IMG/VR virus record: IMGVR_UViG_3300027804_000104
Span: 1 to 39,904 of that record
DNA: 39,904 nt
From: a virus
Taxonomy: Duplodnaviria; Caudoviricetes
Direction: 5' to 3' (one strand)
Notes under the pieces: generated by a model
What the model was told of the DNA's origin: nothing
What the model saw: only the letters and a program-made list of their open reading frames with translations
Databases searched by the model: none
Translations under genes and position numbers: made by a program
Shown: positions 26,063 through 34,249 of the stretch, one piece after another
Layout of the letters: each line of letters begins with the position of its first letter
How positions within the stretch are numbered: the first letter of the stretch is position 1

Positions 26063-28320
26063 TGAAGCAAGACCCGTCGCGTGGTGGTGGTAGCACCCTG
26101 TCACCGGCGTACTCGGCTGCCCTGCAACAGCTTGTTGACAAGCGGACGGCGAAGAAGCCTTCGACTTGGGACAATGTGCTCGGCGGCCTGAAAGGTGCTG
26201 CTGGTCTTACGATTTCGCCATTTGCCACCGCCGCCGACATTGTGGCTAAACCGTTTGAGTTGATCCCTGGTGTGCCAGATGTAAACCCTGAATCCGTGGG
26301 GTCGGTGAACCTGTTCGTGCAGGGTGGCAAGTCGTTGCAACACGTTTACGGCGATGCCAAAGAGTTGGGTCGCTCGATCATTACCGGCAAGGACACCCTG
26401 TCTCAGTCGCCGTCAGCACGGGCGTATCAGGCTGCCGGTGGAGGGTTGACGGGGACGCTGGCCGCAGCAGGCCCGTATCTGGATGTCGCCTCGGTCGTTG
26501 CCCCGGCGGCAATGGGTGCGGCCCGCGGTGCCGGTGTCGTCGCACCGAAGGCGGTGCCATACAAGCCGTTGACGAATGCCGACATCCCAGCCACCCCGTA
26601 TCGAGCAACCCGCAACGCTCTCGCTGAAGACATGGCACAGGCACAACTTATGACCCCTGATGAGTTGGGCCAGCTTGCCAGAACCATCAACGCTGACGCA
26701 CAAATAACGGGAGGCCAGAATAGAGGTTTGTCGTATTTCTGGGGTGGCGAACCGATGATAAATGATCGGCTTCGAGGGGATTATCTGGGGGATGCATTTG
26801 ACGCAGAAATTGCTGAGGCTCAAGCGTTTTTCCAGCGAGTACCACCGTTGCAGCAACCTGTCAAAGTATTTCGCGGCATTATGGTCGAAGAACCAGAAGC
26901 AGGCACGAACGCATACAGCGATTTTGTGCGCACATGGAAACCCGGCGACGTAATTGAAGAGCCAGGGTTCATGTCAACAACGATTGACCGCAAGATTGCC
27001 GAAGGGTACAGCAACGCTGGTCGGATTCTAGAAATTGAAGTTCCCAAGGGGACACGCGTTGCTACACCTGAAATGTTTGGTGACGCATACAAGTCCATAG
27101 AACAAGAATTGACGTTGCCACCGAATACCAAATTGCAAATCACATCAGTTTCTAATGATGTCATCAAAGCAAGAGTTGTCCCCTCTGATACGCCTACAAC
27201 AAATAGGCAAGCGGTACGGGATGCGTTGTTGCGTTATACCCCCGAGGTGACGACACCGCAGACTGGGCGTACGATGAACCCAGTCGAGGAACTGGCATCG
27301 GCGAAGGCGCGAGCGGAGACTGCACCAAGCCAACCTAAACAGTTCTCGATCGTTGATGACAGAACTAGGCAAGTATTTCCCAGCATGACTGAGGGTTCTT
27401 TCCGGTTCAACATTGAGGGGTCGCAGGCGAAACCACAGGTAACCTATTCGGTTGCTGGCACAGGCAACGATGCGATCATTCACTTGGACGCGGAATCACT
27501 CGCATTTTTCGGAAAACCAAGTGACGACGCCATTGACACAATCGTTGAACATCTCAACGCGAAGTATCCGAACCTGCGTATTGCAACAACGAACCCAGAA
27601 TTGCAACAGGCATTGAATGCCCGACAAACAAAACCGGTTCTTCGCTCACCATCCGAACCAATTCGTAACGCATTGACGTTCAAGCCGGTACAACCAGATG
27701 CCAACGAAACTGCTGATGCTTTTAGCCGTCGACTAGCGCAAGGCGATCAGACGTTTGACCGGGTGACCTTTACTGAACCGTATGAGCCACGGGGAACAAG
27801 CGTCTTTGTCCATAGAACATTGCCAGATCAGGCTGGAAGACTGTTGGCCGAAGGGATGGAGTCTGAGCCAAGTTCATGGCGTGGCAATATGGGCGCACGG
27901 ACATTTGGCGAAGGTGTCTTCCCTGAAGGCACTATCTTCGCCAGCAAACTCGGGTCGCCAACCGACGACCTGTTCGCTCAGACGATGAACGACCAGTATG
28001 GCGACATCCGTGGCGGCGTTCCGCTCCAAGTGACATTGCCGAGTGACGCGAAGATATTGGAGTTTGGTGCTGACTTTGATGAAATTTCTGTGAGAGAATT
28101 CAACGAAGCCGGTTTGTCATTTCAGGAGTATTACGACTTCCTAGATATCGTTGATGCGTTGGGCGGCAATCTCTCAAATGAGACGAAAGCCAAGGGTGCG
28201 CTGGCCCAAATAGCCCAACGTCAAGGATACGACGCGGTGTTGTTCGGTGAGGAACTAATGATTATCCCGAGATCAAAGTACCCACAATCCGTCATGGATT
28301 TTTACAACGATTTTTCGTAA
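26062..28320 (+). CDS. ADP-ribosyltransferase-domain protein (VIP2/Alt-like ART plus second ART-like domain)
   Basis: INDRLRG, VFRG, FMSTT, EQELTLP (R-S-E clade); C-terminal VHRT...IFAS...GYDAVLFGEELMII. Confidence 0.8.
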   Translation: MKQDPSRGGGSTLSPAYSAALQQLVDKRTAKKPSTWDNVLGGLKGAAGLTISPFATAADIVAKPFELIPGVPDVNPESVGSVNLFVQGGKSLQHVYGDAKELGRSIITGKDTLSQSPSARAYQAAGGGLTGTLAAAGPYLDVASVVAPAAMGAARGAGVVAPKAVPYKPLTNADIPATPYRATRNALAEDMAQAQLMTPDELGQLARTINADAQITGGQNRGLSYFWGGEPMINDRLRGDYLGDAFDAEIAEAQAFFQRVPPLQQPVKVFRGIMVEEPEAGTNAYSDFVRTWKPGDVIEEPGFMSTTIDRKIAEGYSNAGRILEIEVPKGTRVATPEMFGDAYKSIEQELTLPPNTKLQITSVSNDVIKARVVPSDTPTTNRQAVRDALLRYTPEVTTPQTGRTMNPVEELASAKARAETAPSQPKQFSIVDDRTRQVFPSMTEGSFRFNIEGSQAKPQVTYSVAGTGNDAIIHLDAESLAFFGKPSDDAIDTIVEHLNAKYPNLRIATTNPELQQALNARQTKPVLRSPSEPIRNALTFKPVQPDANETADAFSRRLAQGDQTFDRVTFTEPYEPRGTSVFVHRTLPDQAGRLLAEGMESEPSSWRGNMGARTFGEGVFPEGTIFASKLGSPTDDLFAQTMNDQYGDIRGGVPLQVTLPSDAKILEFGADFDEISVREFNEAGLSFQEYYDFLDIVDALGGNLSNETKAKGALAQIAQRQGYDAVLFGEELMIIPRSKYPQSVMDFYNDFS

Positions 28321-28447
28321 CTCCTGCTCACGATGTCATTTCGTGTGATGCCCGACATCGCCTCATCGTGATCCACTAAACTGGTGACGCATAACAAACG
28401 CGACATCGACGGCCTCGAGCCTCTGTCGCCTCTACCGGAGGTTCCGT

Positions 28448-28939
28448 ATGCGTCTCACACTCACAATCGTTGCGTCTATTGCCATAATCGGATGCGCCCC
28501 AACCGAAACCGTTCAACCACCGACCAGCCCGGTCACCACGGTCACCGTCGCACCAACCACCACCAGCACCACGACGACGACGGTCGCACCGACCACGACG
28601 ACCAGCACCCTCGTCCCCGCCGACGCGAAATGCGCCGAACTAGCCCCGATCGCCTCCGCAGCCGGATGGCCCGACCATCTGCTCATTGACGTGCTTGACG
28701 AAGCATGGCAAGAATCCCGATGCCTCAACATCATCGACGGCCACAAAAACTTCAACGGCTGGGATCGAGGCCCACTACAAATCAACCAGGTGTGGCTCAA
28801 CGAGATTGAAGCCAAATACGGAAGCTGGGAGTACGTCAAAGACCCGTACTACAACTTCGCGTGGGCATGGGAGATGTACATTTGGCACGAACACCACCGT
28901 GGATGCGGGTTTCACCCCTGGTCACGGCCCTGCAAATAA
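28448..28939 (+). CDS. putative lipoprotein with lysozyme-like/lytic transglycosylase domain
   Basis: lipobox IIGC, Thr-rich linker, ES catalytic motif (QESRC) and GPLQIN. Confidence 0.7.
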   Translation: MRLTLTIVASIAIIGCAPTETVQPPTSPVTTVTVAPTTTSTTTTTVAPTTTTSTLVPADAKCAELAPIASAAGWPDHLLIDVLDEAWQESRCLNIIDGHKNFNGWDRGPLQINQVWLNEIEAKYGSWEYVKDPYYNFAWAWEMYIWHEHHRGCGFHPWSRPCK

Positions 28940-28943
28940 GTCC

Positions 28944-28972
28944 TTGACAACCCTCCCAATCGGGGGGAAACT
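28944..28972 (+). promoter_or_regulatory. putative promoter of recombination/regulatory operon
   Basis: TTGACA, 17 nt, GAAACT. Confidence 0.45.
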
Positions 28973-29026
28973 AGAACCGTGCAACACCCCACCGCTACGG
29001 TGAGGTCAACTGAAAGGGGTAATACC

Positions 29027-29536
29027 ATGACCGAACTGGTCCCGCTCACCTCGAGCATCGAAACACACACCGCCGACGGGCTGCGCAACGCACTCCTGAC
29101 CGCCGACCAGGGCCGACAGGCTCTCGCCGAGCAAGGCGACTATCAGCAACTGCTCGCAGCATGGCAGTATCTGAAGACCATCAAAGCGGACATCGACGTA
29201 CTGATGCGAGCCACCGAGGACGACATCACCCGTCTGCTTCCCGAGAAGAAGCAGTTTGTGGACGGCATCGGCACCGTCGAGCGTCGCACCAGCTCCACCC
29301 GCAAATGGCAGTCTGAGGATTTGATGCGCGACCTGTGCCGTGCCAGCCTCGACCCGAACGGAACCGGGGAGATCACCCTGACGAACGTCGCCACCATGCT
29401 CGACAACCTGAAGAAGGTTCTGCCGTTGACCGCTTCCCTCGGCTGGCGTGTCACCGCCCTGAAGGAACTCGGCATCGACCCCGACACCTACGGCGAAGCC
29501 ACCTACGGTCGCCACACCATCCAGATCACCAAGTGA
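29027..29536 (+). CDS. hypothetical protein
   Basis: 169 aa from ATG after RBS GAAAGGGG. Confidence 0.7.
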   Translation: MTELVPLTSSIETHTADGLRNALLTADQGRQALAEQGDYQQLLAAWQYLKTIKADIDVLMRATEDDITRLLPEKKQFVDGIGTVERRTSSTRKWQSEDLMRDLCRASLDPNGTGEITLTNVATMLDNLKKVLPLTASLGWRVTALKELGIDPDTYGEATYGRHTIQITK

Positions 29537-29550
29537 AAGAGGAAACCAAC

Positions 29551-30477
29551 ATGAGCCAGCAAGAAACCAGCAACGCGGTCGAGGTGCATCGTCCGCTGAC
29601 ACCCGCCGAAGTGTCGTGGAAGACCGCACAGCGGATCTCCAACACACCGTTCGTGCCGACCGCCTTCCGAGGCAAGCCCGAGTCGGTGTTCGCAGCCGTC
29701 CTGTACGGCGAGGAACTGGGCCTCGGCCCCATGCAGTCGCTGAACAGCATCCACGTCATCGAAGGCAAGCCGAGCATGGCCCCCGAACTGATGCGAGCAC
29801 TCGTCTTCAAGGCCGGTCACCGCATCGACGTGAAGGTGTGCATGAACGACGAAGTCATCCTGTACGGATGCCGTGCCGACTCCGGTTCCGAAGCGACCGT
29901 GAAGTGGACGATGAAGGACGCACAGAACGCCGGTCTGGCCGGTCGTGGTGCGTGGAAGACATACCCTCGTGCGATGCTGTTGGCTCGCGCCACCTCCGAA
30001 CTGTGCCGAATGCTGTTCGCCGATGTCGTCGCCGGACTGTCATACACCCCCGAAGAGGCTGCGTCCATCGCCGGATCAGACTGGGAGGAAGTCCCCGCCG
30101 AACCGCCGGTGTTCATCGAGAAGCCGACCACCATCCCCAACCAGCCGGAACCGCCGGTGGAAGCAGTCGTGGAAACCTCATGGGAAGAAGCGTTCCCCGG
30201 CTCCGACATTGTGGATGCGGAAATCATCGAAGATCAGCGTCCCGAAACCGTGTACCCCGAAGAGATCGCCGACCCGAACATGGCGACACCGAAACAGATT
30301 GGGATGGCACGGGCGTTGCTTCGTGAATGGGGCATCGTCAACAAGGCCGAGTCCATCAACCTCGCTGAGATGGTGTTGAACCGCACCGTCACCTCGATGG
30401 CCGACATGAGCAAGAAAGAAATCTCGGCGTTCATCAAACACCTGCAAGTCAACCATCCTGACGGCGACAAGTCGTGA
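29551..30477 (+). CDS. RecT/Red-beta-like single-strand annealing protein
   Basis: ELGLGPMQSLNSIHVIEGKP, W..YPRAML.ARA; C-terminal ATPKQI domain; RBS GAGG. Confidence 0.75.
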   Translation: MSQQETSNAVEVHRPLTPAEVSWKTAQRISNTPFVPTAFRGKPESVFAAVLYGEELGLGPMQSLNSIHVIEGKPSMAPELMRALVFKAGHRIDVKVCMNDEVILYGCRADSGSEATVKWTMKDAQNAGLAGRGAWKTYPRAMLLARATSELCRMLFADVVAGLSYTPEEAASIAGSDWEEVPAEPPVFIEKPTTIPNQPEPPVEAVVETSWEEAFPGSDIVDAEIIEDQRPETVYPEEIADPNMATPKQIGMARALLREWGIVNKAESINLAEMVLNRTVTSMADMSKKEISAFIKHLQVNHPDGDKS

Positions 30478-30707
30478 ACCCTCTCAAACTGTGGAGACTG
30501 CGACGCGCAGCCACGCAAGGGCATCTGAACCTGATGGCACAACATCTGCTCCAATGCACCGACACGATCAACGAACTGCGAGCCGAGAACGAAGAGTTGC
30601 GCATCCGAGGGAACCGTCTCGCATGGGCGATCGACAACAACGATTGGACTGTCGAATCTGCTGAACGCCTGTCCGACTCGGCGTCCGCATGGAGGGAGTT
30701 CTCCTGA
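30474..30707 (+). CDS. hypothetical coiled-coil protein
   Basis: 77 aa, coupled at both ends. Confidence 0.6.
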   Translation: MNPLKLWRLRRAATQGHLNLMAQHLLQCTDTINELRAENEELRIRGNRLAWAIDNNDWTVESAERLSDSASAWREFS

Positions 30708-31300
30708 TGGCCTCCGACCTGCCCAAACTGGATTTCGTGCCGATCCCCTGGATCAAAGACGCAGCGTGTCGAGGCATGGACCCCAACTACTTTCAGCCCG
30801 ATGTCGGCCAGCCTGCCACCGAAGCGAAACAGATTTGCAACGGGCGCAAAGCCACCCGACGCACACCAGGGCTACCGCCGTGCCCTGTCCGAGCTGAATG
30901 CCTGAACCATGCGGTCGCCATGAACGAACGCGGGATCTGGGGTGGCACCACCGAACGGGAACGCCGTGCGATCCGCAACAAGGAACCTCGAGGGAAACGT
31001 GCCGACGCACGGGTCGCCCGCATCGTCCACGGCACCATCGACGGATACCGGCACGAAACCCGACTCAACCTGCCCCCCTGCAAAGCGTGTCGCCAAGCGT
31101 GGAACGACTACCAGTACAACGAACGGAAACGGGGTGTCGGCGTGAGTGGATACGACATCCGGTTGCGCGAGTTCGTCACCCTCGTCACCGTCGTCCACCG
31201 AGGCCAGACACCCGACCTCGAGGCGATCGCAGCGGAAAGCCGTGACATCGTATTGGCCGAGTCTGTAGGCTCCGTTCATGGCGAAGAAGCCGATGTTTGA
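30707..31300 (+). CDS. whiB: WhiB-family Fe-S transcription factor with C-terminal HGT...CxxC extension
   Basis: W...AAC, AKQIC, CPVRAEC, GIWGGTTERERR. Confidence 0.85.
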   Translation: MASDLPKLDFVPIPWIKDAACRGMDPNYFQPDVGQPATEAKQICNGRKATRRTPGLPPCPVRAECLNHAVAMNERGIWGGTTERERRAIRNKEPRGKRADARVARIVHGTIDGYRHETRLNLPPCKACRQAWNDYQYNERKRGVGVSGYDIRLREFVTLVTVVHRGQTPDLEAIAAESRDIVLAESVGSVHGEEADV

Positions 31301-31451
31301 CCAGCCGACTGAAGGGGACTGCGACGAGTGTGGGACACCGATCCCACCCGACCTGATCCCCGCAGGGTTCCACCGGCAGACAGGCATCCTTCTCTGCCAC
31401 ACCTGCAAGCGATACTCTCACTACACACCTCGTCAATACTTTGACGAATAA
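31293..31451 (+). CDS. small C4 zinc-finger protein (52 aa, not in ORF track)
   Basis: MFDQPTEGDCDECGTPIPPDLIPAGFHRQTGILLCHTCKRYSHYTPRQYFDE; exactly fills the gap after whiB. Confidence 0.65.
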   Translation: MFDQPTEGDCDECGTPIPPDLIPAGFHRQTGILLCHTCKRYSHYTPRQYFDE

Positions 31452-31465
31452 CCAAAGGAAACCAA

Positions 31466-31657
31466 ATGAACCTGCCCTGGCAACAACCCATCCGACCGTT
31501 GGAATACAAGTACCAATCGGATGAATATCCGACCGGCTGGTCGCCGTGGATGATCGTGCTGTTCATCCGGGCCGCCAATCACGGTTGGGAGATCATGGGT
31601 CCGAACGGTGTCGTGTGGACCGACAAGGACGCGATCCTGCGGGACGTGGCAGCATGA
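31466..31657 (+). CDS. hypothetical protein
   Basis: 63 aa, RBS AAAGGA. Confidence 0.6.
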   Translation: MNLPWQQPIRPLEYKYQSDEYPTGWSPWMIVLFIRAANHGWEIMGPNGVVWTDKDAILRDVAA

Positions 31658-31989
31658 GCCACCTCCAGCTCGTCCTCCCGTTGGCTGTCCGCAACGACGA
31701 CCCGACCACCAGCGTCACCCCGCCGAACCGCAACAGTCAGATCGCACGACTGTTGGATGCGTACACGCTCGCCGACCTGACCGACGAGGAAGCAGTCGAA
31801 GTGACCCTCGGTCACCCGCCGACTCTCGCAGACGAAGGGTTGCGACGCCGAGCCTCCGACCTTCGTGCTCTCGGCTGGATCGCACCGACCGGGGAGACAC
31901 GCCCGAACTCTCGAGGCCGTCAACGCATCGTGTGTGCGATCACCGACGCCGGTCGGGACGCGCATATGGAGGTGTTCTGCAATGACTGA
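31654..31989 (+). CDS. putative winged-helix DNA-binding protein
   Basis: R..DPTTS...LTDEE...RRRASDLRALGWI..TGETR...GR pattern; ATGA overlap. Confidence 0.6.
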   Translation: MSHLQLVLPLAVRNDDPTTSVTPPNRNSQIARLLDAYTLADLTDEEAVEVTLGHPPTLADEGLRRRASDLRALGWIAPTGETRPNSRGRQRIVCAITDAGRDAHMEVFCND

Positions 31990-32191
31990 GGACATCGTGA
32001 CCCGACTTCGGACTCTTGACAAGTACAGCGACATCATTGGAGCTTGTGACAAGGCCGCCGACGAGATTGAGTTACTGCGTGTTGCCCTACAGATGGCGTG
32101 TTACGAGGTATTCGCCTATTGTGACCCGCTCAAAACCTCGCCCAAAGATTTGGTAGCCCACTTTATGAACGAGGCGGTGCGTGGTGACTGA
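31982..32191 (+). CDS. hypothetical phage protein
   Basis: MTEDIVTRLR...AADEIELLR; RBS GGAGG. Confidence 0.6.
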   Translation: MTEDIVTRLRTLDKYSDIIGACDKAADEIELLRVALQMACYEVFAYCDPLKTSPKDLVAHFMNEAVRGD

Positions 32192-32345
32192 GGACGATTT
32201 GAAGAAACTGATGCTCGCCATCGCATCTGGGCTGGAGAAGATCAGCGAACAACTCGCATCGCTCGAGGAAGCGAACAGGCGCACCATGAGCGCAGTCGAA
32301 CGCATCAGCGACCGGCAATGGCGCGATGGGATGCGACGGACATGA
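32184..32345 (+). CDS. small coiled-coil protein (53 aa, not in ORF track)
   Basis: MTEDDLKKLMLAIASGLEKISEQLASLEEANRR...; stop overlaps methyltransferase ATG. Confidence 0.55.
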   Translation: MTEDDLKKLMLAIASGLEKISEQLASLEEANRRTMSAVERISDRQWRDGMRRT

Positions 32346-33853
32346 CCCGCTTCACCTACGGTTCCCTATTCTCCGGTGTCGGCGGTATGGACATGGGGTT
32401 TGACACCCACATGGATTGCGTATTCCAGGTCGAATGGGACAAACACGCCCAATCCATCCTGCGCCGCCATTGGCCCGACGTACCCAAATGGGGTGACGTA
32501 CAAGAAGTCAACGGGGCAGACCTGCCACCGTGTGACGTTCTCACGTTCGGTTCCCCGTGCCAAGACCTGTCCGTCGCCGGTAAACGAGCCGGGTTGGACG
32601 GCGGTCGATCATCCATGTTCTATGAAGCTGTGCGAATCATCAAGGAGATGCGAGATGCAACCTCATCCCGACCAACTGGCCCTCTTCCCCGAGCAGTCCT
32701 TTGGGAGAACGTCCCCGGAGCCTTGTCTTCCAACAACGGAGCCGACTTCAAGTCGGTCGTCGACGAAATGGTTGACCTCGGGGCGTGTCTTGTCGAGTGG
32801 GCTGTCTTGGACGCGCAACATTTCGGAGTCCCCCAACGACGACGGCGCGTCTTCCTCGTCGCTATCTTCGATCCTGCAACCGCCGACCGATGTCCCGACC
32901 CGCTACTACCTGTCAGCGAAGGCCGCCGAGGGGATTTTGCGAAGGGCCGAAAGAAGGGGCAAGACGTTGCCGGAAGCGTTGCGACGAGCGTTGATGCAGG
33001 TGGCCTCCAACCAACCGTCGGATGCCTGACACCGGGCGCACACCCTGGTTCGTACAACGGTCAGGATGCGTACAACGACCTGCTTATCCCGTTCGTGAAG
33101 GCACGACGCGCCCAGAACGACACCGACGACGAGACATGGGTCGAGGGGGAAGTCACCCCGACGCTCAACGCTTTTGACAACGGCGGCGAATCCAGGGCGA
33201 CCGTACTGATGCCGATCATCTTTGACGGCACCCGGCACGACGACTTCCGTATGGAAACCGAGATCGTCCCAACCCTGAAGCAGCGCATGGGGACAGGCGG
33301 TGGACAAGTACCAATGCTGGCCGAACCAATCGTTTACGATGGCTATAACCAAAAACTGGATGACAGCGGAATTCACCGCTCATTGAGGGTCGGTCGAGAT
33401 AGTAGCGATTTTGTGGCGCAACCAATGCTCGCCGAGCCGGTCGCGGCGTCGTTCAAGCCGGGAGCATCAGCGAAAGCGTACGGCATCGGGTACGAGGAAG
33501 AGATGGCCCCGACCCTTGAGTCTGGTGGTGGAGGCAACAACAAGCCAGCGATCATCCAGCCCTACTCGTTTGACACCCAGTTCGGTTCCAACGCGAACGT
33601 GTTCACCGACCTTTCGCCAACCCTCAAAGCCAGCCAGCAGTCCCCGTCAGTCACCACCAGCCTCGCTGTACGTCGACTGACACCGCTCGAGTGTGAACGG
33701 CTGATGGGATGGCCCGACGACCACACCCGCTGGACGGACGAAGGTAAAGAGCAGGCCGACACGCACCGCTACAAACAATGTGGGAACGGTGTCGCCGCGC
33801 CGGTCGCCCAGTGGATCGCCGGTCACCTGAACTCTGTACTGTTGGGAACATGA
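32342..33853 (+). CDS. DNA (cytosine-5)-methyltransferase
   Basis: motifs FSGVGG, GSPCQD, ENVPG, QRRRRVF, RRLTPLECERLMGWPD, GNGV. Confidence 0.95.
   Translation: MTRFTYGSLFSGVGGMDMGFDTHMDCVFQVEWDKHAQSILRRHWPDVPKWGDVQEVNGADLPPCDVLTFGSPCQDLSVAGKRAGLDGGRSSMFYEAVRIIKEMRDATSSRPTGPLPRAVLWENVPGALSSNNGADFKSVVDEMVDLGACLVEWAVLDAQHFGVPQRRRRVFLVAIFDPATADRCPDPLLPVSEGRRGDFAKGRKKGQDVAGSVATSVDAGGLQPTVGCLTPGAHPGSYNGQDAYNDLLIPFVKARRAQNDTDDETWVEGEVTPTLNAFDNGGESRATVLMPIIFDGTRHDDFRMETEIVPTLKQRMGTGGGQVPMLAEPIVYDGYNQKLDDSGIHRSLRVGRDSSDFVAQPMLAEPVAASFKPGASAKAYGIGYEEEMAPTLESGGGGNNKPAIIQPYSFDTQFGSNANVFTDLSPTLKASQQSPSVTTSLAVRRLTPLECERLMGWPDDHTRWTDEGKEQADTHRYKQCGNGVAAPVAQWIAGHLNSVLLGT
32655..33029 (+). CDS. nested +1-frame ORF in methyltransferase (EcoHK31I beta-polypeptide-like)
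   Basis: AAGGAG 7 nt before ATG; 124 aa ending SLSSIL...RYYLSAKAAEGILRRAERRGKTLPEALRRAL. Confidence 0.6.
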   Translation: MQPHPDQLALFPEQSFGRTSPEPCLPTTEPTSSRSSTKWLTSGRVLSSGLSWTRNISESPNDDGASSSSLSSILQPPTDVPTRYYLSAKAAEGILRRAERRGKTLPEALRRALMQVASNQPSDA

Positions 33854-34092
33854 CAATGACCCCGAAAGAGTGGCTCATGACAGGCATTGAGCAGGGCTGG
33901 TGTTCTCCGATGCATTGCCTGACCCACGACAACGTGCTGATGACCAAAGCGGAACGAACCGAATTGGACGATGGTGGGGAACCGTGCCTGTACATCGTTC
34001 GCATCGCCGACGACCAGGAGCATCAAGACCAGATGAAAGTCACCTCGACGTGGCGGGATGCCATACAATTCATGGATGAGTATGCGGAATAA
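33850..34092 (+). CDS. hypothetical protein
   Basis: ATGA overlap; WL..GIEQGWCSPMHCLTHD...E...GGEPC. Confidence 0.65.
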   Translation: MTMTPKEWLMTGIEQGWCSPMHCLTHDNVLMTKAERTELDDGGEPCLYIVRIADDQEHQDQMKVTSTWRDAIQFMDEYAE

Positions 34093-34249
34093 CGTCGCTG
34101 ACGAAATTCGCCCTGTACCTCAGGTGCGGACACTTACCCCCGAACAGGAGCGTTTCGTGGAACGAGCGATCGACATCATCTACTTCGGGAGCCTGTACAT
34201 CACCTGCGCGGCTCTCGTCCTCTGGTTCCTGCGACGCTGGATCAAATAA
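34082..34249 (+). CDS. small membrane protein
   Basis: C-terminal TM helix; start uncertain (34076 or 34082). Confidence 0.5.
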   Translation: MRNNVADEIRPVPQVRTLTPEQERFVERAIDIIYFGSLYITCAALVLWFLRRWIK

